64,000 nt of DNA from Candidatus Poribacteria bacterium (GTDB taxonomy: Bacteria; Poribacteria; WGA-4E; WGA-3G). The DNA lies in contig CAXXUA010000004.1 in assembly GCA_963663765.2 (NCBI GenBank), positions 416,001 to 480,000 on the forward strand. Direction: 5' to 3'. Shown here piece by piece: positions 55,301 to 64,000 of this stretch (its first letter is position 1; every line of letters starts with the position of its first letter). Both the position numbers and the translations under genes were made by a program. Under the pieces are notes generated by a model. The model was not told the origin of the DNA, made no database searches, and saw only the letters and a list, made by a program, of their open reading frames with translations.

Positions 55301-56241
55301 TCAACTTTCTTGTCTGCATAGTGAGTCAAGTTCACACAGTTTTGAGTCCAACTGCATTCAGTTGAAGCGGATTCAAAACACTGTTCACCCGAAACTTCAA
55401 TAGAGAATTTTACACCACCGGGTTGTCTCTGTGGATCATCAAACACCACACCATCTCTCAGTCCAATACTGAAATATAAGCAAAGATTTTCGTTCTCATT
55501 GACTTTTGGAAGGTCCAAATGAAATACAATTCGCGAAGAATCAGTTGATGGCGGATGTTCAAGGATTGCAGGTTTTGTAACACCACCAGAAGAATCTACC
55601 ATGTTCACCGAAATATGATCGGTGCCGCTGTATTCACTATCCTCAAACATTGCGATGAAATCAAATAATTCCTCACTTTCACCTAAAGTATATTGGATTT
55701 GTGGTTGTCTGGAATCTGGTGTTTCCTCTACTTCAGGTATATTTGCAACCTCAGAGGTGTCTGGAACTTCTGGTACGACTTCAGTTTCTGTTGTCTCTGT
55801 TAAATCAGGTGTTTCCTCTACTGTAGCAATTTCTTCTTCGTCATCTACATTATGATCTTCAAACTCTTCTTGATCGGTAGATGATTCAACAGTATCAGAT
55901 TCCACCTCTTCTGTAGTTTTTTCTTCTGTTTCTGCTGTTTCCACCTTCACAGCAGGTTCAATGATTTCTTCAGCTGAAGCTATTTCAGAAGTTTCTTCAG
56001 GATGAGATTCTTCCTTAGTAGCGGATATATCTTGTGAAGATTCCGATTCATTTTCAGACTCTGGTTGAGGGTCGTCAGGAGTTTCCTCTTTATTAAGTTC
56101 TTCTTCATGTTGAGGTGCATCCAGAATTGGTGTCTCTTCTGAAGGTTTAGACTCCGGTTGCTCAGGATCAACTACCTCCTCTGTATTCTGTGTTTCTTCT
56201 TCCATTTTTCCCATAAGTACATTTTGGAAAAACGTTGACAT
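52339..56241 (-). CDS. 1300-aa multidomain protein (acidic N-terminus, beta-rich domains, possible helical-barrel C-terminus)
   Basis: Long uninterrupted ORF; E/T/P-rich first ~180 aa; IKNVG CARDB-like segment; AQADNGAW. Confidence 0.75.
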   Translation of the reverse strand: MSTFFQNVLMGKMEEETQNTEEVVDPEQPESKPSEETPILDAPQHEEELNKEETPDDPQPESENESESSQDISATKEESHPEETSEIASAEEIIEPAVKVETAETEEKTTEEVESDTVESSTDQEEFEDHNVDDEEEIATVEETPDLTETTETEVVPEVPDTSEVANIPEVEETPDSRQPQIQYTLGESEELFDFIAMFEDSEYSGTDHISVNMVDSSGGVTKPAILEHPPSTDSSRIVFHLDLPKVNENENLCLYFSIGLRDGVVFDDPQRQPGGVKFSIEVSGEQCFESASTECSWTQNCVNLTHYADKKVELVFLTQCNVEGNSNFAWGLWGEPKLLKLTRIEEKEKPSTIQCGLAIAKLPEEQTTFFEFSRDSFTPAQEIAEEIISQLETEPIELVLYASQPKLEIVSVGTTAAMVSTGEAYEIQCTIKNVGTGPLSKDSKTRINIHNIKLRRGRTSQYIKTLAPGELSTYVWYARGVSRSTTIDFSVSLRTRFIEGSAKMTGEVHIRPALPKLESQVIPELHTYTHDDSVVLSNKHLRLVFVHSGDQSKSKDNQSPKNVQDNLETGIEYYAIYVAKGSSYQQIATSNMIAEITHISDGKTHNHIFIPNDIQISGNSLGESIVRLSDEYTDSDGVKWTLQVQLILTEDTKRIKTSYRLAVDKPRELLAFRGVELYAGHKSTREKKTAALFPGLEFLEGDEPSSSTRDAAPPINNRLVPHPYKITVPVMAVEIQKSLVGIVWNPLQQWDDQNQNLSAVFASPNSVHHQRNHLMGVFLPTIPEWVEENTLIAENAYTMTPESPIEFECEIIADNNATILDAVAHWTSAYGTPKQLDPPREDKEQILLSRHGFMHTVWDEDKRQSRHCVDWASRNEPGFATLLWYDYLITKSDSVKDQVKEIAQKTIADSDPGGLASRGSCHILGGEFPFYYGHIDAALGYYEAELQPIIDAQADNGAWGFQPNSDKTQTLGKTGDVVLGTCAANALKLLKHARITGNKTSLESGKKALSYMDRFTVPRGAQGWECPLYEPDILAAAHAIGAYVEAHAVTGNKTYLKRAEYWANAGLPFLYHWHLPDRPGMQYASIPVFGTTFYTHSWFGVPVQWNGLVYAYYLQQLNQHTEDDRWRQIAEGITISAMYQQWTDGELKGTYPDGYYGFCTEGKGPHLNPEDIMVNVYSQRGLDPGVKTKISGNVHLSSGATPEEFTVSKTGTVKWTLSYAKNEISNTLISGYGHSPTIIRAQIAETEGEKDNSSFEIPQVESLEEVTSGWRYIPEKDAILIKQLHVTDILQFQLLKDVE

Positions 56242-56282
56242 TTCAAATCTCCTATAGTCTATCTATTGCAGGACATAGTAAG

Positions 56283-57431
56283 TTATTGTCTCTTTTGCCA
56301 CTGCTGTTTTTTCTCTATCATTTCATCATTGAGTGTGATGTCTGACAATTGGGTTTGGTTGCTTTCATCTAATATCCAATTGCCATCTTCGTCCTTCAGC
56401 ACAGGTTTACGTTGTTCTACTGGTAGCACATCAAACGGTTTGTGTGGCTCAATTTGATACCAATATGCGACTGAGGACATCTCATTTCTGAGATGGTTGC
56501 CATGACCGTGTTCAATTGTTACTCGAATTTCTTTTTCAAATCGGATAGGGTTTTCCAAGTGATACACATAAGATGTCTGATAGCCATTGGTATGGTTTTC
56601 ATGTATAGATGAACCGTTATGTGCGAATGCATTCGGCTGCATACCCCACGCTTGATTGAGATAATCTTCCGAACCTGTGCCATGCAAATCGGGTGGCCAC
56701 TTGTAACCGTCTATCCAAATCATATCATCGCCTTCACCCCACCATGTGCCTTGAAAGTTACTAACAGATAGATTGCAACCAATATAGTGACCCTTACCGA
56801 TTGCCGACAATATCACATAATTGTTTTCCCAAGCAAGACGTTCTGCATTAATGATGTTTGATTCTGGAGTATTGACATTGATCTCATGACCCCATCCGTC
56901 ACAAGGATTTTCGCGATGGAATTGTGAGTGAAGATATGCAACATCCTCTCCAAATTCTGCAGGATAAGTTTCATAGTCTATGTAAAAATACTGACGATGT
57001 GGGGTTTCACCTTCATTCACAAGTTCCACACGAGCGGAACGGTTAAAGGGCATTTGCAAATAGCAGTTCAGAGCACAACCCGTATTGAAGCGATTGTTGT
57101 GATGTGTAGATGCTGAGAACGGTATGGAATCGTAAGAGTTAACGATTTCATTTCCAAGTCCAAAAAAATCACCCAAAGGACATATCACACTTGGATGTTC
57201 TTCATCGTCCCAGAACATTTGAATCAATACGTTCCGATAGCCATTAGGTTGTGTCATCCATATATGATTGATACATCCTGGTCCTTTTATATCGGCAAGC
57301 ACGCGTGTTTCACCGGGAGCAATATTCCATGCATCGTTATTACGACCTGAGGTATCCCACGAGGAAGCACGTGATGTCCGCGCATCTTTGACACGTGTCA
57401 AAGATGACAATAATCCATCAATATAGTTCAT
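56283..57431 (-). CDS. DUF2961 / GH172 family glycoside hydrolase
   Basis: GPGCINHIWMT; PLGDFFG; WWGEGDD; HGTGSEDY; IEHGH; SVAYWYQ. Confidence 0.9.
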   Translation of the reverse strand: MNYIDGLLSSLTRVKDARTSRASSWDTSGRNNDAWNIAPGETRVLADIKGPGCINHIWMTQPNGYRNVLIQMFWDDEEHPSVICPLGDFFGLGNEIVNSYDSIPFSASTHHNNRFNTGCALNCYLQMPFNRSARVELVNEGETPHRQYFYIDYETYPAEFGEDVAYLHSQFHRENPCDGWGHEINVNTPESNIINAERLAWENNYVILSAIGKGHYIGCNLSVSNFQGTWWGEGDDMIWIDGYKWPPDLHGTGSEDYLNQAWGMQPNAFAHNGSSIHENHTNGYQTSYVYHLENPIRFEKEIRVTIEHGHGNHLRNEMSSVAYWYQIEPHKPFDVLPVEQRKPVLKDEDGNWILDESNQTQLSDITLNDEMIEKKQQWQKRQ

Positions 57432-57520
57432 TTAGTTTCCTTATTCTTATAGTAGACTTTAGAATTAATTGGACAATATGTTAGACAGAATACGCCAAAT
57501 CAAGTAATCAAGAAATCAAC

Positions 57521-57628
57521 GGTATGAATGCCTTTTGGCATTCCCCGGGTATGAATACCTTATGGTATTCCCCGGGTATGTATACCTTATGGTATTCCCC
57601 GGGTATGAATGCTATATAACATTCCCCG
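57521..57628. repeat. 4 x 27-bp tandem hairpin repeat
   Basis: GGTATGAATRCC-NNNN-GGYATTCCCCG units with no spacers. Confidence 0.85.
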
Positions 57629-58078
57629 TGTGGTATTCTGCATTGGTTAGGAAACAGAGCCTTCCAGGGGTTTTGATGCTCAAAAAGTCCAAATAATTAT
57701 ACGTTTACTATATTGCAGTAATCGTTCAAGTGGAGCACTGAGATTATTTCACAGAGATCATCTGACTTATAACTCGCTATCAGACCAGAAAAATTTATGG
57801 TGTAAAACTAAAGATCGTAGATGGAATTGGTTCGGTATTAATGATATGTTTAGAATAACTTATACCTATATCAAAACAAGATAGGAAATTTGCTCCTAAT
57901 AATCCGTGTGCATAAGTCTCATCGGGTAAATAACTCGTTGCAACTTCCATTCCTTCAAAAGTATGACCAATTACTGATATTCTGCTTACGGCAATAATTT
58001 CCACCTTGGTAGTTCCACTCACTGTGACAAACTCTATCTTATGTATATTTGGATCTGTATGATCATATCCTAAATCTG

Positions 58079-58200
58079 CAGGACTTACGCACCCAACGGT
58101 AGGCGCGCTTTGTAAGCGCGCTGGAAACACAAATAAAGTTGAAAATTACATCATTTTCATCACAATTCTTGATTAAATCATGAAAACTGCGTAAGTCCTG
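58079..58200 (+). mobile_element. 122-bp MITE, TSD ATCTG
   Basis: Perfect 13-bp TIR CAGGACTTACGCA/TGCGTAAGTCCTG. Confidence 0.9.
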
Positions 58201-58263
58201 ATCTGATAAAATTTCAGTGTTAATAGTCGTATAAGAGGCACAGTATCTAATATTAAATCTATA

Positions 58264-58385
58264 CAGGACTTACGCAAAAAAGGTAGGCGTGCTTTGTAAG
58301 CGCGCTGGAAACCCATAAAAACGCTGATAATTGCATCATTTTCAACATAATTTTTGATTAAATCAAGAAAACTGCGTAAGTCCTG
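58264..58385 (+). mobile_element. 122-bp MITE, TSD CTATA
   Basis: Perfect 13-bp TIR. Confidence 0.9.
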
Positions 58386-58510
58386 CTATAGTAATATGTT
58401 TGCTTAAGTCCAAGGCATGTATTGTAACTTGAACTATAATTAATCTGTCAGGGGTTAACTAAAAACGTGTCTGACTCATTTTATAACTGGCACAATCTCC
58501 CTTTTGGAAT

Positions 58511-58696
58511 CTATCCAGAATAACGTATAATGGCACCCCCTATAAGGGTGCTAAGTTCACTATAAACATCATCTCTGAAATCGCTATGTGCAGTAACTAT
58601 GCCCGATATAAGTTCTGAAGATTCATTATTTATTTCTGGATCAACAAAAAACAACCACTGATCAGGATACTTCTTTATCATTTCATCCAGCATCAT
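58511..58696 (-). CDS. small hypothetical protein (DUF5678-like) upstream of the protease
   Basis: KKYPDQW...G.V.AHS..RD.VY pattern. Confidence 0.55.
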   Translation of the reverse strand: MMLDEMIKKYPDQWLFFVDPEINNESSELISGIVTAHSDFRDDVYSELSTLIGGAIIRYSG

Positions 58697-59449
58697 ACTC
58701 TCTAACCCGCCACCGCGCGTCTTATTAATATCAAAGTGTTTTTCTAATTAGTCGTAGCTGTTTTATATTTATCCTTTAGTGTCTGGCAAATAGTGTCTGG
58801 CAAAGCAGTCTGGAGCATATTCTGGAATTCGTGATAAGTCATTATTTTTCAAACTACGAAGTGTAGTATAACACATTTTGCACGTCAATAGTAACCGAAA
58901 ATCGGTCAAAATATCTTATTAAAAAGTCCTATATTCAAATCAATTCAATTCGGTAATATTATAGCATATACCCAAGAAAAATCAAAACTTTTATTAACAG
59001 GGCCAGGGTTATTCAGTTTTAAAAGTTTTCTGTTATTGAGATTTACTGAAAGTTAATACCCAAATGAGGTTTCCTAACTGCACTTAACACATCAATTTTA
59101 GATTATTGAAACATAAACATCAGTCTTTAGTCCCGCTAAATGCCATACGGGGAATGCCTTTGGGCGAATGCGCGTGTGGCATTCGCCATGATTCATACCG
59201 TTGATTTGGCGCATTTGGCGTTGATTTGGTAGGGACGATATGTTTATTCTTCTATACCGTTCCTACGGAACTCCATAGGGATGGATAACATTTTTCTATA
59301 AACATATCGTCCCTACGGGACTAAAGACTATAAACATATCGTCCCTACGGGACTAAAGACATGGACAAGATGGCAACACATAAAATTAAGGTTATAGTAG
59401 ATAATTATCAAAAACACCTAAAACTGAATAACCCTATAACAGGACTGAG

Positions 59450-60240
59450 GATGTTAACTAACTAATGATATTTGGTTGTCCTCCGCCGAGATTTAAAATG
59501 TCAAATACGTCCGCATTGACACGGAACCGCGCAAACAAAGCAATCGTTAGGTCTACCATTTCCACGCTTTTGGATACAATAATGGACTTACGTTTGAACC
59601 TACCGAACCAATGCCGCATCAGACAGTTATTACGCTCAATACCGTGTTTCTCTGCTTTATCCTGAACATGTTTTGAAGTAGATAGGACGGTTTCATAGAC
59701 CTGCCACTTGTCAGTCCAATACCTCTTGACGTTGAAGACTGCAAGGCGATTCGTCAGTTTTGTAAGGGTTTCTGCGTTGCGTCCACCGCATTCACAATCT
59801 ATGAGGTGTCCCGTGTTTCTGTCCAATGCCTTCCATATCCAAAGTTTGTTTTTCTTGTTTTGGATGTAGTGCCACATCTCATCAAGTTCTAAACTAACAA
59901 GTGTACCGGGTGTGAGCGCGGGTTTCGGTGCGTGCTTTTCGCAAAGGTGCGTATCCAGTTCAGCACAGCAAGCACAGAGACATCAAAAAGTTTTGAGATA
60001 GCATGCATTGAAATGCCATGGCAAGAAAAAAGCACAGACAACCTTTTATGCGCGGGTGGGTGTCCTCGGGGTGTCGGGCGCGTCCATTGATATCCACAAA
60101 GTTTACATTTATGGCGTTGATTTTCGTTAATGAAACCATTTCTCACAAAGTCCTCATTTTGAATTCTTGGACACTTGTTCATGATATCCCCCTCGTAGAA
60201 GTGGGTTGTTTTGATGTGGATAAAAGTTTTCGGTAACATT
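59450..60240 (-). mobile_element. IS1-family element (InsA/InsB in two frames, possibly degenerate)
   Basis: InsA RNG...QRHKCKLC...VLNWIR; -1 shift near GCG-AAA-AG gives ELDEMWHY...WIWKALDR...TDKW...IERNN; imperfect ATGTTA.C.AA ends. Confidence 0.85.
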
Positions 60241-60383
60241 AAGTCAACGAAAATTCGTTTGATTTTATTTTGACTTTTTTATTAAATATGTTATCATTTG
60301 TTTAATTGTTTTGATACATCACAGTTTTGATGGACTGTGAGTTTTCGCATCATTATTTAGTTAACACCCTCAGGAGATTTTAC

Positions 60384-61469
60384 ATGTCTAAAAAAATGAA
60401 ATTGTGGTTCGTGACCCTCATCATTCTGCTGCTTGGCATTGGTGTGTTTTTCATCACAAGTGAGTTGGATTTCTTGAAGTTCAATGAAAAAATGGATACA
60501 GACGTTGCCAGAGATCCAGAGTCCGCTGAGAGTCACGACTCGGTTGCGTCTGAGAATGGAAAAAAACCACTTCTCATTGATCAGCTTGACGCAGTAGTCC
60601 CCTCTGAAAACGTTCCCAAAGCAAAGACGAAAACGGAATATGCGTCAGAAGTCAAGGGTTACGAGAAGGATGGTGTTGAAGGTATGTATGTTACGCACAT
60701 TCCGCGCGATCCGTCCCGTTTTGCGCACCTTCCGCCGCCGCCGCTGCCTCCCTCTGCGGTGCCAGAGGACTGCCCCGAACATCTCAACTTTCGCCCTGAA
60801 TGGATAGATGGGGTGTATCGTGGAGCGGAACCGCCACCCGCAAATGATCAATTCACTGAAGAAATAGGAGAACGCATAGGGAACATTCTACTGGAGATTG
60901 TTCGTGAACATAACCCGAAACGTCCCTATGCAGAGATATGGGATCAGTTTATTGAATATGAAAAGATGTATCGTGCGTATGCGGAATGGGAACTCGGTTT
61001 TACGCCATCTACTCATGGGGCGTGGTCTCGGTTAGATTGGATGTATAAACAGACATGGGCATTTCCTGAATTCACAGAATTGTTAATAGCAGAAAATGAT
61101 CGTCCTGATGGTGAAGAAGATCGTTTTGTTGCAACTTATGAAGTTGCTATGGGAATATTAAATCAGGACTGGAACAAGATCACGTTGAAAGATGGTCGTG
61201 ATTTTTTCATTAAAGGGAATTCGCGTTATGAGTTTTCGTATTCGGGTGTCACCGAAGATGGGAATGAGTGGGGGCAGGTCACGGGTTTTAGTCGTGTTCG
61301 TCTGACGGACAACACTCCTGTTGTTCATATTGATGTGTATAACACGTCGAATGAGGAGTTGGAGGCGATGATGGGTTGGGATTACAAGATCAACCCGATT
61401 ACGATGCGTCCGTTAGCCCATGATAGTTCTCATGTGCCGTTGTATCCTCGTTTTATGGAGGCAGATTAG
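60384..61469 (+). CDS. N-terminally anchored hypothetical protein
   Basis: RBS AGGAG; TM segment; Pro-rich linker. Confidence 0.75.
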   Translation: MSKKMKLWFVTLIILLLGIGVFFITSELDFLKFNEKMDTDVARDPESAESHDSVASENGKKPLLIDQLDAVVPSENVPKAKTKTEYASEVKGYEKDGVEGMYVTHIPRDPSRFAHLPPPPLPPSAVPEDCPEHLNFRPEWIDGVYRGAEPPPANDQFTEEIGERIGNILLEIVREHNPKRPYAEIWDQFIEYEKMYRAYAEWELGFTPSTHGAWSRLDWMYKQTWAFPEFTELLIAENDRPDGEEDRFVATYEVAMGILNQDWNKITLKDGRDFFIKGNSRYEFSYSGVTEDGNEWGQVTGFSRVRLTDNTPVVHIDVYNTSNEELEAMMGWDYKINPITMRPLAHDSSHVPLYPRFMEAD

Positions 61470-62006
61470 GTTGCTATTTTCTTTTTAGCAGCATATTTTC
61501 TTTTAACAGGACTGACGCACTATAATAGATTTGTGTTATACTATTCCATTATGATTACATTTACACTTTCTAAAAAGAAACAAAGTTTATATTCAGATTA
61601 TTGTCAATTTTTGTTATTATCTGCGTATTGGACTTGGTAGGTTTGTTTTAACTATAGTTAATTATCAGTTATTATACCCTCCCCATTCAATTTACAATCG
61701 TTAATATTTAATAATTACAAAACCGTCCCGCAAGCATTCGTGTTAGTGGTATTTTCGTGCCCGTACATTTCGTCGCGGGTTTTTGTTGTTGCATTGGAAT
61801 ACGTTTCAATGTTTGTCATCTATGTTGTGCATATACACAGCACAAGAATTTAACTGATAGTTTTATCTTGATGATATATCACAAAGGAGATATAATTGGT
61901 AACCATATTATTCCAGAACGGGGGTTCATCAACCCCATAGTAACGGAACCTTACCAGCAAGACGCATTTAGTTCGCAAGGGGACAAACAAAAAAGGAGTT
62001 TTTGAC

Positions 62007-62753
62007 ATGTCAAAACAATTACAATGGACAATAGGTGGACTCGTGCTACTTATAGTGGGTTTCGTGGCATTGCAAATATACTTGCATGTAGACATGAAAC
62101 AGTTCAAAGAGGAACTTGCCGGTCCAGAACCCAAAACGGAGACAGAACAACCCCCTCAACAGGTGCAAGTGCCTGAAGTGGATAACAGACCGCCACAGCC
62201 AGATGATGGACGTGAGTATGTGTGGCACGGGGATCACTGGCATGAAATACCGGTGGAGCAAAGAAAGGTGATTCCACGTAAGACTAACAAACAAGGGACA
62301 ACGGAAAGACTCAGCTATTATGAACGTATCTATAAGAAATATGGTGTGGTTCCACCACCACCAGGCTACCGGTACCGCATGACTGAACCGGGGGTTTTAA
62401 AATTAGATGAAAACAGAAAACCTATCCTATATAAAGAAGGCGAACCCGTTTTTGATATCCACAAAATACCTGGGTTCGCGCCAACGTATGAACAATATCA
62501 AGAATATGAAGCACTGATAAGACAACGGGATGAGGAGCGTTGGGCAGGCAATGATGCAAGAGCCGAACAACTCAACGCAGAAATTCGCCAACTCAAAGGA
62601 AAGGCACAAGGGTCAATCCCCTTTGTTACTGGTTCACTTGGTGTACCAACACATCTAAAAGAAGAGGCTTCGGCAGAAATGGATAGAAGAGCACATGAAG
62701 TTATAAAACAAGCCTACATAGATATGGGATTGGAACACATGGTTGAAGATTAG
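62007..62753 (+). CDS. N-terminally anchored hypothetical protein with WHGDHWH motif
   Basis: RBS AAGGAG; TM segment; His-rich motif. Confidence 0.75.
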   Translation: MSKQLQWTIGGLVLLIVGFVALQIYLHVDMKQFKEELAGPEPKTETEQPPQQVQVPEVDNRPPQPDDGREYVWHGDHWHEIPVEQRKVIPRKTNKQGTTERLSYYERIYKKYGVVPPPPGYRYRMTEPGVLKLDENRKPILYKEGEPVFDIHKIPGFAPTYEQYQEYEALIRQRDEERWAGNDARAEQLNAEIRQLKGKAQGSIPFVTGSLGVPTHLKEEASAEMDRRAHEVIKQAYIDMGLEHMVED

Positions 62754-62792
62754 TAGGTATTGAATAATTAATATTTAGAAAAGGAGATCATA

Positions 62793-64000
62793 ATGTTACG
62801 GAAAAAGCAATTTACATTGAGTCTATTCTTCTCTACGGTTATAGTGTTTGCGCTTATGTGGCCCCCCTGGTATCTTTACAAATGGGGATCATCCGCCTGT
62901 ATCCGTTACGACGATCATATACCCAGTTAATCCGGTTACACAGATGTCAACGGGTGCACAGATGTCAATTAACACCGACACGCTTACAAAGTATACTTAT
63001 TGTGCAATTGAAGAGCATTATGGGAATTCGTCGTGTGGGACAGCAACACCAAGCGACCACCCCTTTCAACCAAATGGGACCCCTCTCATAGAAGACTGAT
63101 CATTACCATAGAAGCGGATGTTGCTGCATACGGTCAAACGAAAGCCTCCGTAACATCCGGGCATGTAAATATAGGTGATCAGAAAGTAGAACTCACGAAT
63201 CTCGGTGGTGATGTCAAAAATGTTGGTACCTGGGATGACCCTAACGATGTTACGTCTCTAAAATATACCCCGATCCATAAAGCGTACTTCGAATGTCCAA
63301 AAGATGTAGAATCGGATAGTTACACTTATTCTGCTTCAGGCAAAGTTGAGATATCGGGAGTCTACTGGGAAGGTACTGGGACAATTTCAATTACCAGCAC
63401 TGTTGGTGTGTCGGTAGGGTTAGACATAAGTGGAACTTATCAAGTCAGTACAGGTGTTTCGGAAAGCGTTACCGGCGACGTATCTGGCAATACAAGTGAT
63501 AGTTTTAGAAACCATACAGATGTTACATGGACAGTTGCTCATAGCACATTATGTGGGCACGTTCAATGTTGGAAATCAATCACGGATCCTCATGCACACC
63601 ATTGGTGGTGTTGGGTGAACGAGAACGGGTGTGGAGATCATATTAAGTGTAAAGATTATATTCCTGCAGAACATGTTATACACGAAAAGTGCTGGAATCA
63701 CACTCATGGGTGTGAAGAAACAGATGTAAGAAGGTGTACCCATGAGTGTGCGTTTGCTGGTGTTTTTTTGAATGGTACAGATTTTAATGTTAATGACACG
63801 CTTACTGTCAAGGTTGTACGAAAAAACCTTGGTGCGACCACTGTATATTTTAAGAAACCTGGTGATACAGGAGAATTTGGCGTAAGAGTGGCATCTAGTG
63901 GCACCCCAGATGGAAACGGCATTGAAGACGATTTGATGGTATTTAATATAACGTTTTCAGAAGAAGATGTAGGAACTTTTACAATGAACATACATATTTT
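62793..64000 (+). pseudogene. secreted Cys/His-rich protein with two apparent frameshifts, running off the window
   Basis: RBS + ATG at 62793 with a signal-like segment; +1 frame open to 63099; original frame open from about 63012 to the window end. Confidence 0.55.

Larger units (their letters stand above)
57795..58478 (-). pseudogene. retropepsin-like aspartic protease disrupted by two MITEs
   Basis: With the MITEs and one TSD each removed: IDLILDT(G)ASYTTINTEILSDLGY...GLLGANFL; also an early TAG and a 1-bp loss in DTG. Confidence 0.75.

Noticed and set aside
57521-57628. Possible CRISPR (27-bp repeats)
   Set aside because: No spacers.
61715-61790. Possible structured RNA (ACAAAACC..CCCGC...GCGGG.TTTTGT)
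   Set aside because: One imperfect stem with no match to a riboswitch or ncRNA family that I can support.

Overview
AT-rich bacterial window, probably Candidatus Poribacteria or a close relative. That assignment is inferred from several PhyH/HEAT fusions, Uma2 expansion, a WD40 protein with the 'LPEGAIARLGKG' start and a LamG protein ending 'VEPLGKLATRWGKIK'. Most genes are metabolic: Gfo/Idh/MocA, SDR, AKR and MDR oxidoreductases, PhyH dioxygenases, queC, an orphan fusA, degP-like protease, Mrp and GH172. Intergenic regions are packed with nested REP-like palindromes and MITEs. Main highlights: (1) a lipoprotein gene (43685-44377) with an in-frame TGA, a SECIS-like hairpin right after it and the family's conserved C-terminus beyond it, making it a candidate new selenoprotein; (2) five near-identical tandem Uma2 nuclease genes whose coiled-coil tails lengthen stepwise in whole heptads; (3) an IS607 element with a Fanzor-like TnpB whose reading frame overlaps almost all of tnpA, apparently inserted in a neighbour's RBS; (4) a PhyH enzyme with a halogenase-type HxG motif; (5) several MITE families with clear target-site duplications (TSDs). 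All calls are from reading the sequence; no searches were run.
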